NCBI GenBank assembly: GCA_030649895.1
Contig: JAUSEX010000052.1
Location: 80,988-144,987, forward strand
Reading direction: 5' to 3'
Length of the DNA: 64,000 nt
DNA from: Candidatus Omnitrophota bacterium
GTDB lineage: Bacteria > Omnitrophota > Gorgyraeia > Gorgyraeales > Gorgyraeaceae
In this document: piece after piece, positions 1 through 10,555 of the stretch
How positions within the stretch are numbered: the first letter of the stretch is position 1
Layout: each line of letters opens with the position of its first letter
The notes under the pieces: model-generated
What the model was told of the DNA's origin: nothing
The model's database searches: none
The model's input: only the letters and a program-made list of their open reading frames with translations
Translations under genes and position numbers: made by a program

Positions 1-1350
1 AATCTTTATAAAATCCGGCTCGAGATAAGGTGTGTAGGAAGGGCAAAATAAATTTATAGACCCAACATAATCGCTTATATTATTCATAAAAAGGGAAGAA
101 TAAAATAGATATGTGCATAGATCCCCTCTCGTAGAATAAGTCAAAGGGGCCACTAAATTTTTGATATATTCTTCCAGATACGCATAATACCTTTCCCTGT
201 TATAATATTTATCAATTAGGACGTCATTGTATCTCTGCATCCTTATAAATTCCTTTACATTAAAAGCTTTTATCTTCCTGAAATAAGAATAATAATTTTT
301 TGTATACAGTTCGCTTCCTGCAAAGCCCCCTACCTCAATATCAGCTATCTTGGATACAGAATCAAAATAGTAATATCTATGGTAAGAGCCGATCGTCTTT
401 ATCAGCTTAAAAAAATCTTCATTTTCCTTTTTCCATTTAATTACGCTTTCCATATCGCCGCATATATTTCTGTAATCTAAATTGAATTCTTTAACAATTT
501 TCTGCGTTATCGGAAGATCGCTGTATCTCCCTTTCTTCAAATAATCCTCGTGCTGCATAATTTCATTACCACATAAAAATTGTTTGTTCTTCTTTAATAG
601 TGTGGATATATTCATCCTGGTATCAAATCCGCCTGTAATCCCGCAAAATATATTTTCAACATTATCTAAAAACCTGAAATTGGACTCAAAAATACCTGCA
701 AGATTATCCAAAACCTCCTCAATATTTTTATACCTGCCAAATCTTATATCTTTATTTATATCATAATATGTTTCTATCTTAACCTCATTATTTCTAAAAC
801 TATAGATGCTTCCTGGCTTTAAATAAAGGACTTCCTTGAAAAGCGTATCATTGCTAAAGACATGGAAATGGTCATGACACGATAAATGCTGAGCCAGATA
901 ATCAAAATTTACAGAATATCTTACGTTATTATTCCGCGACAATAGATAATACGTATTTGAAACTTCTATGGTATTTCCTTGGCGCAGTAGATATACCGGG
1001 ATTGTCCTGAATCTATCTGTGATGACCATTAATTTGCCTCTAAAATATAAAACCAAAAAGAACTGGCCATGCGCCTTCAATAGTAAATCTTCCAGCTTAT
1101 CCCCTGAATTAAGGTCTTCATAGAATAGACTTACTGCGACCTTGTTGAAATTATCCCTGTAGATAAATACTCCGCCATTGGCTATGAAGTCCTCGCCTTT
1201 AGAATAATATGAAAGATGGTGGTTTTTAAAAAGTATCTTTGCCTGAAATCCGGCAATAAAAGGAATATTGCTGTATTCCGTAAAAAACCTTTTTATTTTT
1301 TCAAAACCTGAGTTTTCCTTGCCTGTATTAGATAAATAAAATATCTGCAT
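1..1350 (-). CDS. Asparagine synthetase (AsnB)-like amidotransferase, N-terminal 450 aa. The 3' end lies beyond window position 1. Not in the ORF track because it is partial.
   Basis: Manual translation from the ATG at 1348-1350: MQIFYLSNTGKENSGFEKIKRFFTEYSNIPFIAGFQ... It contains GQFFLVLYFRGKLMVITDRFRTIPVYL (compare the AsnB glutaminase-domain GMFAF...LARDRFGIKPLYY) and a PP-loop-like CGITGGFDT (compare SGGLDS). There is no Cys2 nucleophile. A GAGG RBS lies 6 nt upstream. Confidence 0.55.
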   Translation of the reverse strand, partial: MQIFYLSNTGKENSGFEKIKRFFTEYSNIPFIAGFQAKILFKNHHLSYYSKGEDFIANGGVFIYRDNFNKVAVSLFYEDLNSGDKLEDLLLKAHGQFFLVLYFRGKLMVITDRFRTIPVYLLRQGNTIEVSNTYYLLSRNNNVRYSVNFDYLAQHLSCHDHFHVFSNDTLFKEVLYLKPGSIYSFRNNEVKIETYYDINKDIRFGRYKNIEEVLDNLAGIFESNFRFLDNVENIFCGITGGFDTRMNISTLLKKNKQFLCGNEIMQHEDYLKKGRYSDLPITQKIVKEFNLDYRNICGDMESVIKWKKENEDFFKLIKTIGSYHRYYYFDSVSKIADIEVGGFAGSELYTKNYYSYFRKIKAFNVKEFIRMQRYNDVLIDKYYNRERYYAYLEEYIKNLVAPLTYSTRGDLCTYLFYSSLFMNNISDYVGSINLFCPSYTPYLEPDFIKI

Positions 1351-1377
1351 CGTAACCTCTTAATTTTTATAAAAACG

Positions 1378-3168
1378 CTATTTTTCTATTAACCGGCTTA
1401 ACTCCTCTACCCATATCTTCATCCAATCTTTCCTGGCATAAGCATATTGTCTGCAAAACTCTAACCGGGCATTCTGAATATCATTTTTCAGCCACCAGTC
1501 CAAAGGGGAAGCAAAAACGTCTTTTGCCTTTTTAGCAGCGCTCAATGGGTCTTTAAAAAGAATTCCGACCTCTCTTAATAAATCAAAATATCTCTCAACT
1601 TCCGGCCTCATCAAACGCACTTTGTGATCCCAGTAAAAAATAGAAGGAGTGTTTATGGTTAAGGCCTCAATAAAAGATGTATGGGAATTGTCTATAATTG
1701 TCAATCTTGCCTTCTTCATCCACTCAACCAGCCGTCCATTGGATATAACTTTAGCGCCTGGGCATATTTCTTTTAGTACATCTGACTCATTCCATCCATA
1801 ATCATAAGTATAGAGCCGGCAAAGAATTTTATTTCTCATCTTTTCCGGCAAAGCATCAAAAAATATCTTCTGATCCTCAAAATATTTTGACATGTCTTCA
1901 GGAAAAAGGCCGTTATCAAACCAGAAATGATATCTAGGTATGGTGTTACTAATAAATAAAATATTGTCAAGCCGCGGCGAATAAGTATCCTTTAATTTAG
2001 AAAGGTGAGGACTTGGCAAAGGTTTGGTTTTATTAGCATTTTTAGAACCCCAACCCCATGTATAAAAAATATCCTTTTCCAAAGATATGGCCTCATGCGG
2101 AACAATCAATGAGATCCCATACCCGCCTCCATGTTGAAAATCAACAAGACTGGCTCCAGCTGATGCTCTCTCCGCAGCGAAAAATTTGAATCTTTCGTTA
2201 AAATACCAGCCTATTGCAGATCCCGTTATTTTCACAGAATCTATGTTTTTTATTCCCTTGATACTTCCCCTGTAAAATTTATAATTTTCCATATAACACA
2301 TTGGTATGGCCTCTGGAAGAATCTTATAAAGCAGGAATTGAAACCTATCAGAAACTCCTTTTAATTCTATCTTGCTCCTGATTTCAGGAGAGTATTTGTT
2401 TTCTAAAATATTTTCTCTTATCGATTCGAAGAATATAAAGCGAACTGTTTTGAACCCTCCTTTTAATTTTAGCAAGGCCCTATCATAAGGAGATAAGTGG
2501 TACATGTCGCATAACACTATCGGACTTTTAAAAAATATATCTAATGATTCCAATAGGCCATTAAACAACTTTCTTTTCCAGCTAGACTTAATTGAATATT
2601 CATACATACTAGGTTTCTCTTTATATTCTTTTACTATGATATTAGGCCTACATACCTCATGAGCGATCAAACTGAATAGTTTAAGGTTATAATAATCCTC
2701 GTTTACCTTTTCAGCGTGAAAGTCATACGTATCAAAAGATGCCAGCATACCCTCTTCTATAGGAAGCGCATAAGTGTAAAAATCAGGGAATAGCTCAAAA
2801 ACCTTTTCTATCCTCTTATACCTATCATAAAAAACTTCTATAAAATACAAAAGCCATGGCCCTAAAAGGACCTGCCAGTATTTCAAAGGATAAGACTCTT
2901 GGTGGGCATTATTCAATGATTCAGATAATTGAGGAAGCAACTCTATATAAATCCTGCGGCAATAATCCGCGGCTTCTTTTATTTTAAATTCCGGCTTCCA
3001 AGGAGAATCCGCTATCTTATAATCCCTGCCTTTGATTAGTTCCATAGCTGTTTTTCCTGTCAAGCACCATGGCCCTAAAAAAATCTGCCTGGTTTCCAAA
3101 TCCCAAAAATCTACTATATTTGTCGTAGCCAAACAATAACGGTCTTTTATCAAATGTTTATTAACCAT
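1378..3168 (-). CDS. Hypothetical 596-aa protein; possibly an O-antigen-cluster transferase of the LIC12162-like kind
   Basis: Long ORF in operon context. The family assignment is from memory of the TIGR04331-type family only. Confidence 0.4.
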   Translation of the reverse strand: MVNKHLIKDRYCLATTNIVDFWDLETRQIFLGPWCLTGKTAMELIKGRDYKIADSPWKPEFKIKEAADYCRRIYIELLPQLSESLNNAHQESYPLKYWQVLLGPWLLYFIEVFYDRYKRIEKVFELFPDFYTYALPIEEGMLASFDTYDFHAEKVNEDYYNLKLFSLIAHEVCRPNIIVKEYKEKPSMYEYSIKSSWKRKLFNGLLESLDIFFKSPIVLCDMYHLSPYDRALLKLKGGFKTVRFIFFESIRENILENKYSPEIRSKIELKGVSDRFQFLLYKILPEAIPMCYMENYKFYRGSIKGIKNIDSVKITGSAIGWYFNERFKFFAAERASAGASLVDFQHGGGYGISLIVPHEAISLEKDIFYTWGWGSKNANKTKPLPSPHLSKLKDTYSPRLDNILFISNTIPRYHFWFDNGLFPEDMSKYFEDQKIFFDALPEKMRNKILCRLYTYDYGWNESDVLKEICPGAKVISNGRLVEWMKKARLTIIDNSHTSFIEALTINTPSIFYWDHKVRLMRPEVERYFDLLREVGILFKDPLSAAKKAKDVFASPLDWWLKNDIQNARLEFCRQYAYARKDWMKIWVEELSRLIEK

Positions 3169-3205
3169 GCGCGTCTTTATTTCAATAAAATTAACTGGAT
3201 GATTA

Positions 3206-4378
3206 TTAATTAGTTTTTTCCTTCTTTAAAACCAAAATAATATTGGTGGACTCTTCTTCCGATACCGGGGATTTTTTTTCTTGTTCAATAATTTCTGAAA
3301 TTATGCCATAAATAAATCTATTTAACAAAATTGAATTATAGTACCCCTTGTATTCAATGTCTTTAAAATAAGAGAAATATTTACCAAAAAATGCATAATC
3401 TACTATTTTAAATCCATGAGTTTTAACTATATTTTCCCATTCCTGTATAGAAAAAATGTTTTGGCCTATCGCATCATATTCAAAATAGCTTTTCATTGGA
3501 TTGCCTCTTGGGTTATCTTTTATAATCCTCCATTTCTGATAACGCTCTGACCATTTTGTAGAAAATATTTTTCTAATCCTGACTCCTGGAAGATTTTTAA
3601 AGGTATTTTTTGAAAATCCAGTCATTACTAAATGTCCTCCCGGTCTCAATATTCTGCTAATCTCTTTAAGGCATTCATCTATATGAATTATATGATCAAT
3701 AATATGAACCATAATTACAGAAGTAAAAATATTAGACCTAAACGGCAATGATTTAATGCTGCCTCCGATATAGTGCTTAATCAGTTTATGCATCTCTTCA
3801 CTAAGCTCGCTTTGAGCATTCAAAAAACTATCCATAAAGTATTCACATCCAAATGTAATAGACTCTATATTATTTTTAAAAATCATATTTGTTGTCCTGG
3901 AATCGGCACAGCCAATTTCCAAGGATGGCTCCATAATATATTTCCCCATCTTTTTAAACTGGGCTATCTCTCCAGCTTTTAGTATCAGATTATAATAATT
4001 TCTCCATCCATAACAAAGCGCTTTTTCAACTTCGTTGCAATATTTTTGATGTAACATATTTTTTAAGCCTAATTTATATGAAAAAAATATAAAATTAATA
4101 AAGTGTATTACCTCTGCAAAAAAAAGCCGTTGAAAAAAATTTAACGATAATTCTTTATGGGGGTTTTTAATTTTTCTTTTATTAGCCGGCTGGTTTAAAA
4201 ATCTATCACTATAAATCCCCATTTCTTCGTCTTTAATCAAAGCTGGTATACCAAATCTTATTTTAGGTTCAAAACCACAACTATTACAAACCATTTTATT
4301 GCTGCCATATTTAAATGATTCTTCAAAATGACACACAGGGCATCTTAAATAAGAATCAACGATTAATTGGTTCAACAT
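3206..4378 (-). CDS. Class I SAM-dependent methyltransferase with an N-terminal Trm112-like zinc ribbon
   Basis: N-terminal CPVC...CNSC. The MTase core has LEIGCADSRTT and ILRPGGHLVMT. Confidence 0.7.
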   Translation of the reverse strand: MLNQLIVDSYLRCPVCHFEESFKYGSNKMVCNSCGFEPKIRFGIPALIKDEEMGIYSDRFLNQPANKRKIKNPHKELSLNFFQRLFFAEVIHFINFIFFSYKLGLKNMLHQKYCNEVEKALCYGWRNYYNLILKAGEIAQFKKMGKYIMEPSLEIGCADSRTTNMIFKNNIESITFGCEYFMDSFLNAQSELSEEMHKLIKHYIGGSIKSLPFRSNIFTSVIMVHIIDHIIHIDECLKEISRILRPGGHLVMTGFSKNTFKNLPGVRIRKIFSTKWSERYQKWRIIKDNPRGNPMKSYFEYDAIGQNIFSIQEWENIVKTHGFKIVDYAFFGKYFSYFKDIEYKGYYNSILLNRFIYGIISEIIEQEKKSPVSEEESTNIILVLKKEKTN

Positions 4379-4405
4379 AGATTTATATCATCCAAATATT
4401 CAACG

Positions 4406-5059
4406 CTAATTCAAAATCCTTGCAGGCACTCCAACTGCCGTAACGTCTTCCGGAATATCATCTTTTACAACTGCATTTGCTCCTATCTTTGACCTTTTTC
4501 CTATCCTAATGCCATTTATTATAACCGCGCCGGGACCTACAAACACCTGATCATCTATCGTTGAACTATCAGCTATATGCACTCCGCCGTTTAAAGTAAT
4601 GAAATCCCCTAATTGACAATGGTGCCCGATAGAAACAGCATAGTTGAAAAGATTAAAATTGCCTATTTTGGCATACGGCGCAACTATCGTATTCTGAGCA
4701 AAAATATTACCATGCCCAATAACAGCTTTTTTTGATATAATCGCTGATGGGTGAATAATATTAGGAAATTCTACATTAGCACAAAGTTGTATAGCTTTAA
4801 TTAATCCAGCCCTACCGATAGGGTTTATAAATGATATGACGTTTATCTCTTCTTTATGACTCATTAACCATTTTGGCGTATCTAGCACCTTATAACCAAA
4901 AAATTCCTCACCTTGTTTTCCTAAATCTGAATCGATAAAACCAAGAATTTTGTAACTCCTATTATCTGGCCTGTGTTCATATTGTGCATCTAAAATTTCC
5001 TCAATATTGACCACATATTTGCCTACTCCTAATATGATATATTTATCCATTCGAACCAT
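4406..5059 (-). CDS. NeuD/PglD-family sugar N-acyltransferase (left-handed beta-helix)
   Basis: N-terminal Rossmann-like region (ILGVGKY...GFIDSD) followed by hexapeptide repeats. Confidence 0.7.
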   Translation of the reverse strand: MVRMDKYIILGVGKYVVNIEEILDAQYEHRPDNRSYKILGFIDSDLGKQGEEFFGYKVLDTPKWLMSHKEEINVISFINPIGRAGLIKAIQLCANVEFPNIIHPSAIISKKAVIGHGNIFAQNTIVAPYAKIGNFNLFNYAVSIGHHCQLGDFITLNGGVHIADSSTIDDQVFVGPGAVIINGIRIGKRSKIGANAVVKDDIPEDVTAVGVPARILN

Positions 5060-5903
5060 ACCCTTCAGCAGGTGTTTTTAAACCCAGCAGTTCTCGCGCC
5101 TCAATAGGTTTCATGACAGGACGGCCCATGGTCTCTGCGATACTTATTAAACGTTTCAGCAAATCTCTGTTTGTCGCTAGCCTTGTTCTATTATTATCAA
5201 ACCAGATATTATCTTCCAAACCAATCCTAGCCCCACAGCCTATTACTGCAGCCAGCATGTTAATCATCTGTTGATTATCGCCGACAGCCCCCAGGCTGTA
5301 AATAGAGTCCTGCGGCAATTCATTAATCATAATACCTACGGATAAGATATTCGCCTGAGCGCATGCAATATTGCCAAAAATTAAATTGAAATAATAGGGC
5401 GATTTTAACAGTCCTTTTTTAATCAAATACTTGGCATAATTAATCATGCCAAGGTCAAATGCCTCCAGTTCAGGCCTAATACCTTTTTCTTTCATCTTTT
5501 CAGCTAGAGCAATTATCATACTTGGTTCATTTATGCTCGCCTGGTGGTTAAAATTCACTGAACTAAGCGTTAGACTTGCCAGGTCGGGTTTAGCCAAACC
5601 TTTGAGTTCTAAAACAGCAGACCGCTTTTCAAACTCGCTGTATGTCCTTCCGCTGCACGTCGCACAAATTATCGTTTCGGGACGCTCTTTTCTTATGCCT
5701 GTTATTATTTTCTCGTATATCTCCGGTTCCCATGTGGGGTCTCCGTCTTTATCGCGTCCGTGAATATGAACCATTGTTACGCCGAGCTCACAACAGCCTA
5801 AAACATCATCAATAATCTCCTCTGGGCTGATAGGCACTCTTTGAGTGTCTTTTTTTAACGGTATCATCCCTGTAGGGACAAGATTTACTATTAATTTCTT
5901 CAC
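5043..5903 (-). CDS. BKACE family enzyme (3-keto-5-aminohexanoate cleavage enzyme-like, DUF849)
   Basis: VNLVPTGM...K...PISPEEIIDDVLGCCELGVTMVHIHGRD matches the Kce signature region. Confidence 0.7.
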   Translation of the reverse strand: MKKLIVNLVPTGMIPLKKDTQRVPISPEEIIDDVLGCCELGVTMVHIHGRDKDGDPTWEPEIYEKIITGIRKERPETIICATCSGRTYSEFEKRSAVLELKGLAKPDLASLTLSSVNFNHQASINEPSMIIALAEKMKEKGIRPELEAFDLGMINYAKYLIKKGLLKSPYYFNLIFGNIACAQANILSVGIMINELPQDSIYSLGAVGDNQQMINMLAAVIGCGARIGLEDNIWFDNNRTRLATNRDLLKRLISIAETMGRPVMKPIEARELLGLKTPAEGYGSNG

Positions 5904-5922
5904 TTATACCTCCTCCCATCAA

Positions 5923-6201
5923 CTACCTTTTAACGCTTGAAAAGAAAGCATTGAGTTCATCTGCTAGCTGAACATCTCTACCTTTGGCGTTAAACGGAGC
6001 TAATAATTCATAAAAGGCCTTGTATGGAATAATTAATCCGGTAATATAATCTTTCTCTTTTAAAACCTTTACTCCTGGCAAGCCAGCTATCTTCTTAAAA
6101 AAAGAACCTATTTGTTTAACATCATTAAGCGTGGCCTCCGGCAGCCTCCATTCAAATTCAATCTCAAATTCATCCTTTCTATATGCGCATCTTTTAATCA
6201 T
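5923..6201 (-). CDS. Hypothetical 92-aa protein
   Basis: ORF in operon context with a 4-nt overlap to the downstream gene. No recognisable motif. Confidence 0.4.
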   Translation of the reverse strand: MIKRCAYRKDEFEIEFEWRLPEATLNDVKQIGSFFKKIAGLPGVKVLKEKDYITGLIIPYKAFYELLAPFNAKGRDVQLADELNAFFSSVKR

Positions 6202-7211
6202 TTTTGCGTCTCCTGCGAAATTATGTCATAAATACTTATTGATTGGTCAGGTAATACAAGTCCATGGCGACAAATTGAACAGCCTTTACAATCCATCCTT
6301 CTTCCGGACTTGTGCAGTTCGCGCAATTCGTTTAGTTTATCGCCATGCCATAATGCGCGCAGAGAAATGTCATTTACATTTCCCAGGGTTATATCTTCAG
6401 CGTCCCAGCCGGTGCAACACTGCACCCTGCCATTATGAGCTACCATCAAGCGTTCCCAGGGATACTGACAAACAAAACCAGGAACTGGCCTGCGATTATT
6501 CAAATCCATGTATTCGTTCATCACCACGAGGTCAGAAACCTTACTTAAACATTCATAATATCCTAAAGGATCCATAGAAACAGCCGGCCAAATAGAACAA
6601 ACGCGTATCTGCGGGTTAACTAACCCCAAACTGTCCCTTTTTTCCTTAAGATACTTGAGTTTATTAAGGCTTTCTTCAAATTTAGCGGGAAAGCGAATTC
6701 GATTATAAACTTCTCCCATGCCATCAAAAGAACAGCCTAAATAAGTCAGACCTTTTTCAATAAGAAAATCCGCCACTTCCTTTGTCACTAAGAACGTATT
6801 TGTCAGAAAAGAGACATTTGAAATCCTCTTGCATGCATATTCAACCATATCAAAAATCCTGGGATGAGTTAATGACTCGCCGCGCCAGCTAAGTCTCAGC
6901 GAATAGACTCCGTTTTCTTTGCATTCGTCAACTATTTTAGTGAAAACGTTCCAATTCATATCTCCCAGGTCTCTGAATTTTTTGCGAAAACACATTGGGC
7001 AGTTCATATTGCAATTGCTTGTAGTCTCTATGTCGACATGGAGCGGAAAATTAGATACAAAATAATTTTTAGAGTACTCATACCACTGCAAACGGTTAAT
7101 AAAGGTCTCCAAAAAATCGCCATGACTGCCATAGAACCTCCAAAAACGGCTTGGTGAGTCATAAACGCGCTGGTCTTTATTCGTATTCATGCTTATTCTC
7201 TCCTTCACCAT
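6198..7211 (-). CDS. Radical SAM protein with a SPASM/twitch-like C-terminal Cys cluster
   Basis: CNMNCPMC (CxxxCxxC). C-terminal CCTGW...CKGCSIC. Confidence 0.7.
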   Translation of the reverse strand: MVKERISMNTNKDQRVYDSPSRFWRFYGSHGDFLETFINRLQWYEYSKNYFVSNFPLHVDIETTSNCNMNCPMCFRKKFRDLGDMNWNVFTKIVDECKENGVYSLRLSWRGESLTHPRIFDMVEYACKRISNVSFLTNTFLVTKEVADFLIEKGLTYLGCSFDGMGEVYNRIRFPAKFEESLNKLKYLKEKRDSLGLVNPQIRVCSIWPAVSMDPLGYYECLSKVSDLVVMNEYMDLNNRRPVPGFVCQYPWERLMVAHNGRVQCCTGWDAEDITLGNVNDISLRALWHGDKLNELRELHKSGRRMDCKGCSICRHGLVLPDQSISIYDIISQETQK

Positions 7212-8261
7212 CTACTTGAAACAATCCCAGATAATCGGCTCTCCTTTTAAAATACGCCTTTGCGCCCTTATCCCATAAATATGCTGCAACAATCCAGGCT
7301 CTATTCCTCCTTCCGGCCTCAAAATGTCTACATTTTTTTCTGTAATCATTTCTCCTTCTTTGATATCTTTTACGGCATATATGGATTTTTTAAAAACCTG
7401 CCGTATCCCTTTCTCGGCATCTGTAACATCCTTATAAGGCAAACCCATCGCCTTTTCAGTCTCACGGATACCCTTAATTATCAATTCCATTTCATAAGGC
7501 ATCGTTGAAAAGAAATTATCAGGGCCAAGGGCTTCTCTTTTCAGTGTAAAATGTTTCTCTATAACACATGCCCCCATAGCAACAGCAGCAATAGGTATTG
7601 AAGTCGTCATCGTATGGTCGCTTAAACCAACAGGCACATCAAAAGTTTTCATTAATGTCTGCATCGTCCTTAAATTCATATCTTCAGGCCTTGCAGGATA
7701 TTGCGAAACGCAATGTAATAATATAGCATCGCTATTGCCTTCTTCTTTTATCGCCCTGATTGCGCTATCAATCTCTGAAAGATAGGACACCCCGGAAGAG
7801 ATTATCATTGGTTTTTTAAGCCGGGCTATATATTTTAAGAGAGGAATATTAGTCAAATCATCGGAACCAAGCTTATAGGCAGGAGGTCTGGCAATCTTTT
7901 CCAACAGGTCTACATCTTTAAAATGGCTCGGGGTAGAAAAAGCGGTTATATCTTTTTTCGCAGCATATAAAAATAACTCTTTTTGAAAATCCTCGGTCTG
8001 TTTCTCCTCGCTTTCCATAAATTCCTTATATTGGTCTATCATCCCTCTGCCATCTTTCAAATGCGTTCCTCTAATCACAGTTGTTTTGGCATGGAATGTT
8101 TGAAATTTAACGCAATCTGCTCCGATAGCCGCTGCTGAATCAACCAACCTTTTTGCACCATTTATATCATCAAAGTTCACGCCTGCTTCCAAAATAATAT
8201 AACAGGGACAATCCTTGCCTATTCTTCTTTTATTAATGACAATGGTTCCTCTCATAGACAC
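7212..8261 (-). CDS. NeuB-family nonulosonic acid synthase (N-acetylneuraminate / legionaminate / pseudaminate synthase-like)
   Basis: CYIILEAGVNFDDINGAKRLVDSAAAIGADCVKFQTF. C-terminal SAF-like region. Confidence 0.85.
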   Translation of the reverse strand: MSMRGTIVINKRRIGKDCPCYIILEAGVNFDDINGAKRLVDSAAAIGADCVKFQTFHAKTTVIRGTHLKDGRGMIDQYKEFMESEEKQTEDFQKELFLYAAKKDITAFSTPSHFKDVDLLEKIARPPAYKLGSDDLTNIPLLKYIARLKKPMIISSGVSYLSEIDSAIRAIKEEGNSDAILLHCVSQYPARPEDMNLRTMQTLMKTFDVPVGLSDHTMTTSIPIAAVAMGACVIEKHFTLKREALGPDNFFSTMPYEMELIIKGIRETEKAMGLPYKDVTDAEKGIRQVFKKSIYAVKDIKEGEMITEKNVDILRPEGGIEPGLLQHIYGIRAQRRILKGEPIIWDCFK

Positions 8262-9013
8262 CTCTTCCTTTTAAGAAATCTGGCCAGCTTTTTATTGCCA
8301 TAAATAATATTATCAGCGTCATGATAATATTCCAAAATAATATAATTGGCGCTGGATTTTTTCAAAACAAAATCTAATAATTTATACTCTTTTTCATCAG
8401 GCAGCTCATGGGAATCTTTGCCTAAAAAAGAGCGCGATAAATGGATTTCAATAACCTTTGATAAAGGCATCCTTTCTAAATAATCATGGATATCGATAGA
8501 CAAATTGCTGCAGGTAGCTTCAACATGCCCTATATCCAGTGTTAAATATACATTAAACTCTTTTACAAATGCATCTACAAACTCTGGAACGCATACAATT
8601 TCATAGGCGCCGGAAAGATGATAATCAAGATTTTCTACAGATATAATGCCCTTAAAATATTTTCGTATATTATTAATCTTTTTATCTGCGATTTTCAGAA
8701 TTTGTCCTTCCGTCAAAATATGGCTTTTGGCGACATATCCATTGTGAAAACAACCAACCTTGCGACAAGATGGCCCTAAATCAAATGACAACAGGCCTGC
8801 ACGAGATTGTATCTTTTTTAAAAATCTACAGTTATTAATTAATGCGTCGAATTCGTCGTTAATAAAGCCATTTGCATGAAATAAAACATCCTTTCCCTCA
8901 AAATCCTTATCCAGGTCTTTCTCTTTTCGGACAGACACAGCTCCTGCAATCGGAAGTAAATCGATTTTTACCTGTTCAAAATATTGCGATATAGGCAATC
9001 CTATTTTCATCAT
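8252..9013 (-). CDS. Hypothetical 253-aa protein; possibly a xylose-isomerase-like / DUF692-like TIM barrel
   Basis: Weak motif resemblance only (VENLDYH, LDIGHVE, EIHLS, HELPDEKEY). Confidence 0.3.
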   Translation of the reverse strand: MMKIGLPISQYFEQVKIDLLPIAGAVSVRKEKDLDKDFEGKDVLFHANGFINDEFDALINNCRFLKKIQSRAGLLSFDLGPSCRKVGCFHNGYVAKSHILTEGQILKIADKKINNIRKYFKGIISVENLDYHLSGAYEIVCVPEFVDAFVKEFNVYLTLDIGHVEATCSNLSIDIHDYLERMPLSKVIEIHLSRSFLGKDSHELPDEKEYKLLDFVLKKSSANYIILEYYHDADNIIYGNKKLARFLKRKRCL

Positions 9014-10539
9014 CTATAGTTTTTAACTACATCTTCGGATATCTTACGCAAATACTTTCGTTTATTTTCTAAACCAAGCTCTTTGTATACTGCATCCAGG
9101 ACAATATAGGAATAGATGCGGCTTGGAACATGCTTTATCCCATACTTTTGTTTAAATCTTTTTTCATAAACAGGGTAATTTTCATAAATATTTTTTCCAA
9201 GTTTAAAAAGACTGGCGTTAGAAGGCCATATATAATCAGATTTTTTAATAGATATGCTATTACTAATGGAGTATTCTTTTGTAATCCGTTTCAGAGAATC
9301 ATCATAATAAAATTCACTACCTGGTATATCCATAACTAATAAGGTGGTGCTTATCTCTACATTCTTCAGCATCTGCTTCACGCATAAATCAGCTGTCTCA
9401 ATTAAATCTTCCTTTGAGATACAAGGAGGCAACAGAATAATATAAATCAGAGGGGTAATCCCTGCCTCTATAGTTACATCAATAGACCGAATTATTTGCT
9501 GCCGCGTAACCCCCTTTTTTAGATAAGCCAAGACTCTATTGGAAAATGATTCTACGCCATACATAATCATTCGGAATCCCGCTTTTTTCATTAAGCCAAG
9601 TATCTCTTTTTTGGGTCCGGAAAAATCATCTGGCCTGCCCTGGCAAATAAAACTCAGGTCCTTTTCCAGCCTGCCTTTTTCCTTTAGAGCTATTATTCTT
9701 AAACACAGTTCCTCAAAGCATTTAAAATCCAAAAAAAGATTATCGTCGTCAAAAATAATAGTTTCAACTTCGCTCCATGTATCAGTAATATTAAGAATGA
9801 AATGAATAATATCTTCCACAGGTAATATATAGAAATGCCCTTGCCCCCTGAATTTGCCGCTATAAGAATAAGAAATAAAATTGGTTGATGAGCAAAATTT
9901 ACAACGAAGAGGACAGAAATTGGAAAACAGAACCCTGATAGCTCTGATTTCTGTCAGGTCAGGATCATTATACAAGGATGCATTATGTCTCCAATATCGA
10001 TTATACGGGACATCAACAACACCATATGCTTCGTAAATTTCCTTAAAATCGCGTAATGTTAGTTGTTTTCCGTATCCGCTAAAAAATATCTTGTCTTTGT
10101 CTCTCCAGTATATCGACCTAATGCTGCTGAATTCCCTTTTGCCTTCAACAATCGCTTCTAAAATTTTCAACAGGGTCTTTTCTCCTTCGCCTAAAACAAT
10201 TATATCGAAGAGGGCATATTCAAAGGACTTTTTCCCGAGAAACGACACCTCTGGTCCCCCTGCAATAAAAATTGCATCAGGAAACCTCAATTTAAAATAA
10301 TTAAATAGCAGCAGATCGTTTTCTAGGGTTAAATGCAATAAACTAAAACCTATCACATCATACATTTCTTTTATCTCTTTATAATTATCAATATTAGGGT
10401 CTAAAATATCGATACGGATCCGCTTTAGTTTCTTTTCAATATAAAACTTCATCCTGTATAATCCAAAAGAAGGAGCCAGAAACGAATCCCCTGAATTGTC
10501 CCGGCCTTTAAAAGGCCCTATCAATAAAACCCTTAACAT
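9010..10539 (-). CDS. B12-binding-domain radical SAM protein (class B)
   Basis: N-terminal Rossmann-like B12-binding region. CPLRCKFCSS (CxxxCxxC). Confidence 0.75.
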   Translation of the reverse strand: MLRVLLIGPFKGRDNSGDSFLAPSFGLYRMKFYIEKKLKRIRIDILDPNIDNYKEIKEMYDVIGFSLLHLTLENDLLLFNYFKLRFPDAIFIAGGPEVSFLGKKSFEYALFDIIVLGEGEKTLLKILEAIVEGKREFSSIRSIYWRDKDKIFFSGYGKQLTLRDFKEIYEAYGVVDVPYNRYWRHNASLYNDPDLTEIRAIRVLFSNFCPLRCKFCSSTNFISYSYSGKFRGQGHFYILPVEDIIHFILNITDTWSEVETIIFDDDNLFLDFKCFEELCLRIIALKEKGRLEKDLSFICQGRPDDFSGPKKEILGLMKKAGFRMIMYGVESFSNRVLAYLKKGVTRQQIIRSIDVTIEAGITPLIYIILLPPCISKEDLIETADLCVKQMLKNVEISTTLLVMDIPGSEFYYDDSLKRITKEYSISNSISIKKSDYIWPSNASLFKLGKNIYENYPVYEKRFKQKYGIKHVPSRIYSYIVLDAVYKELGLENKRKYLRKISEDVVKNYR

Positions 10540-10555
10540 ATTTTATCCTGCAAGG

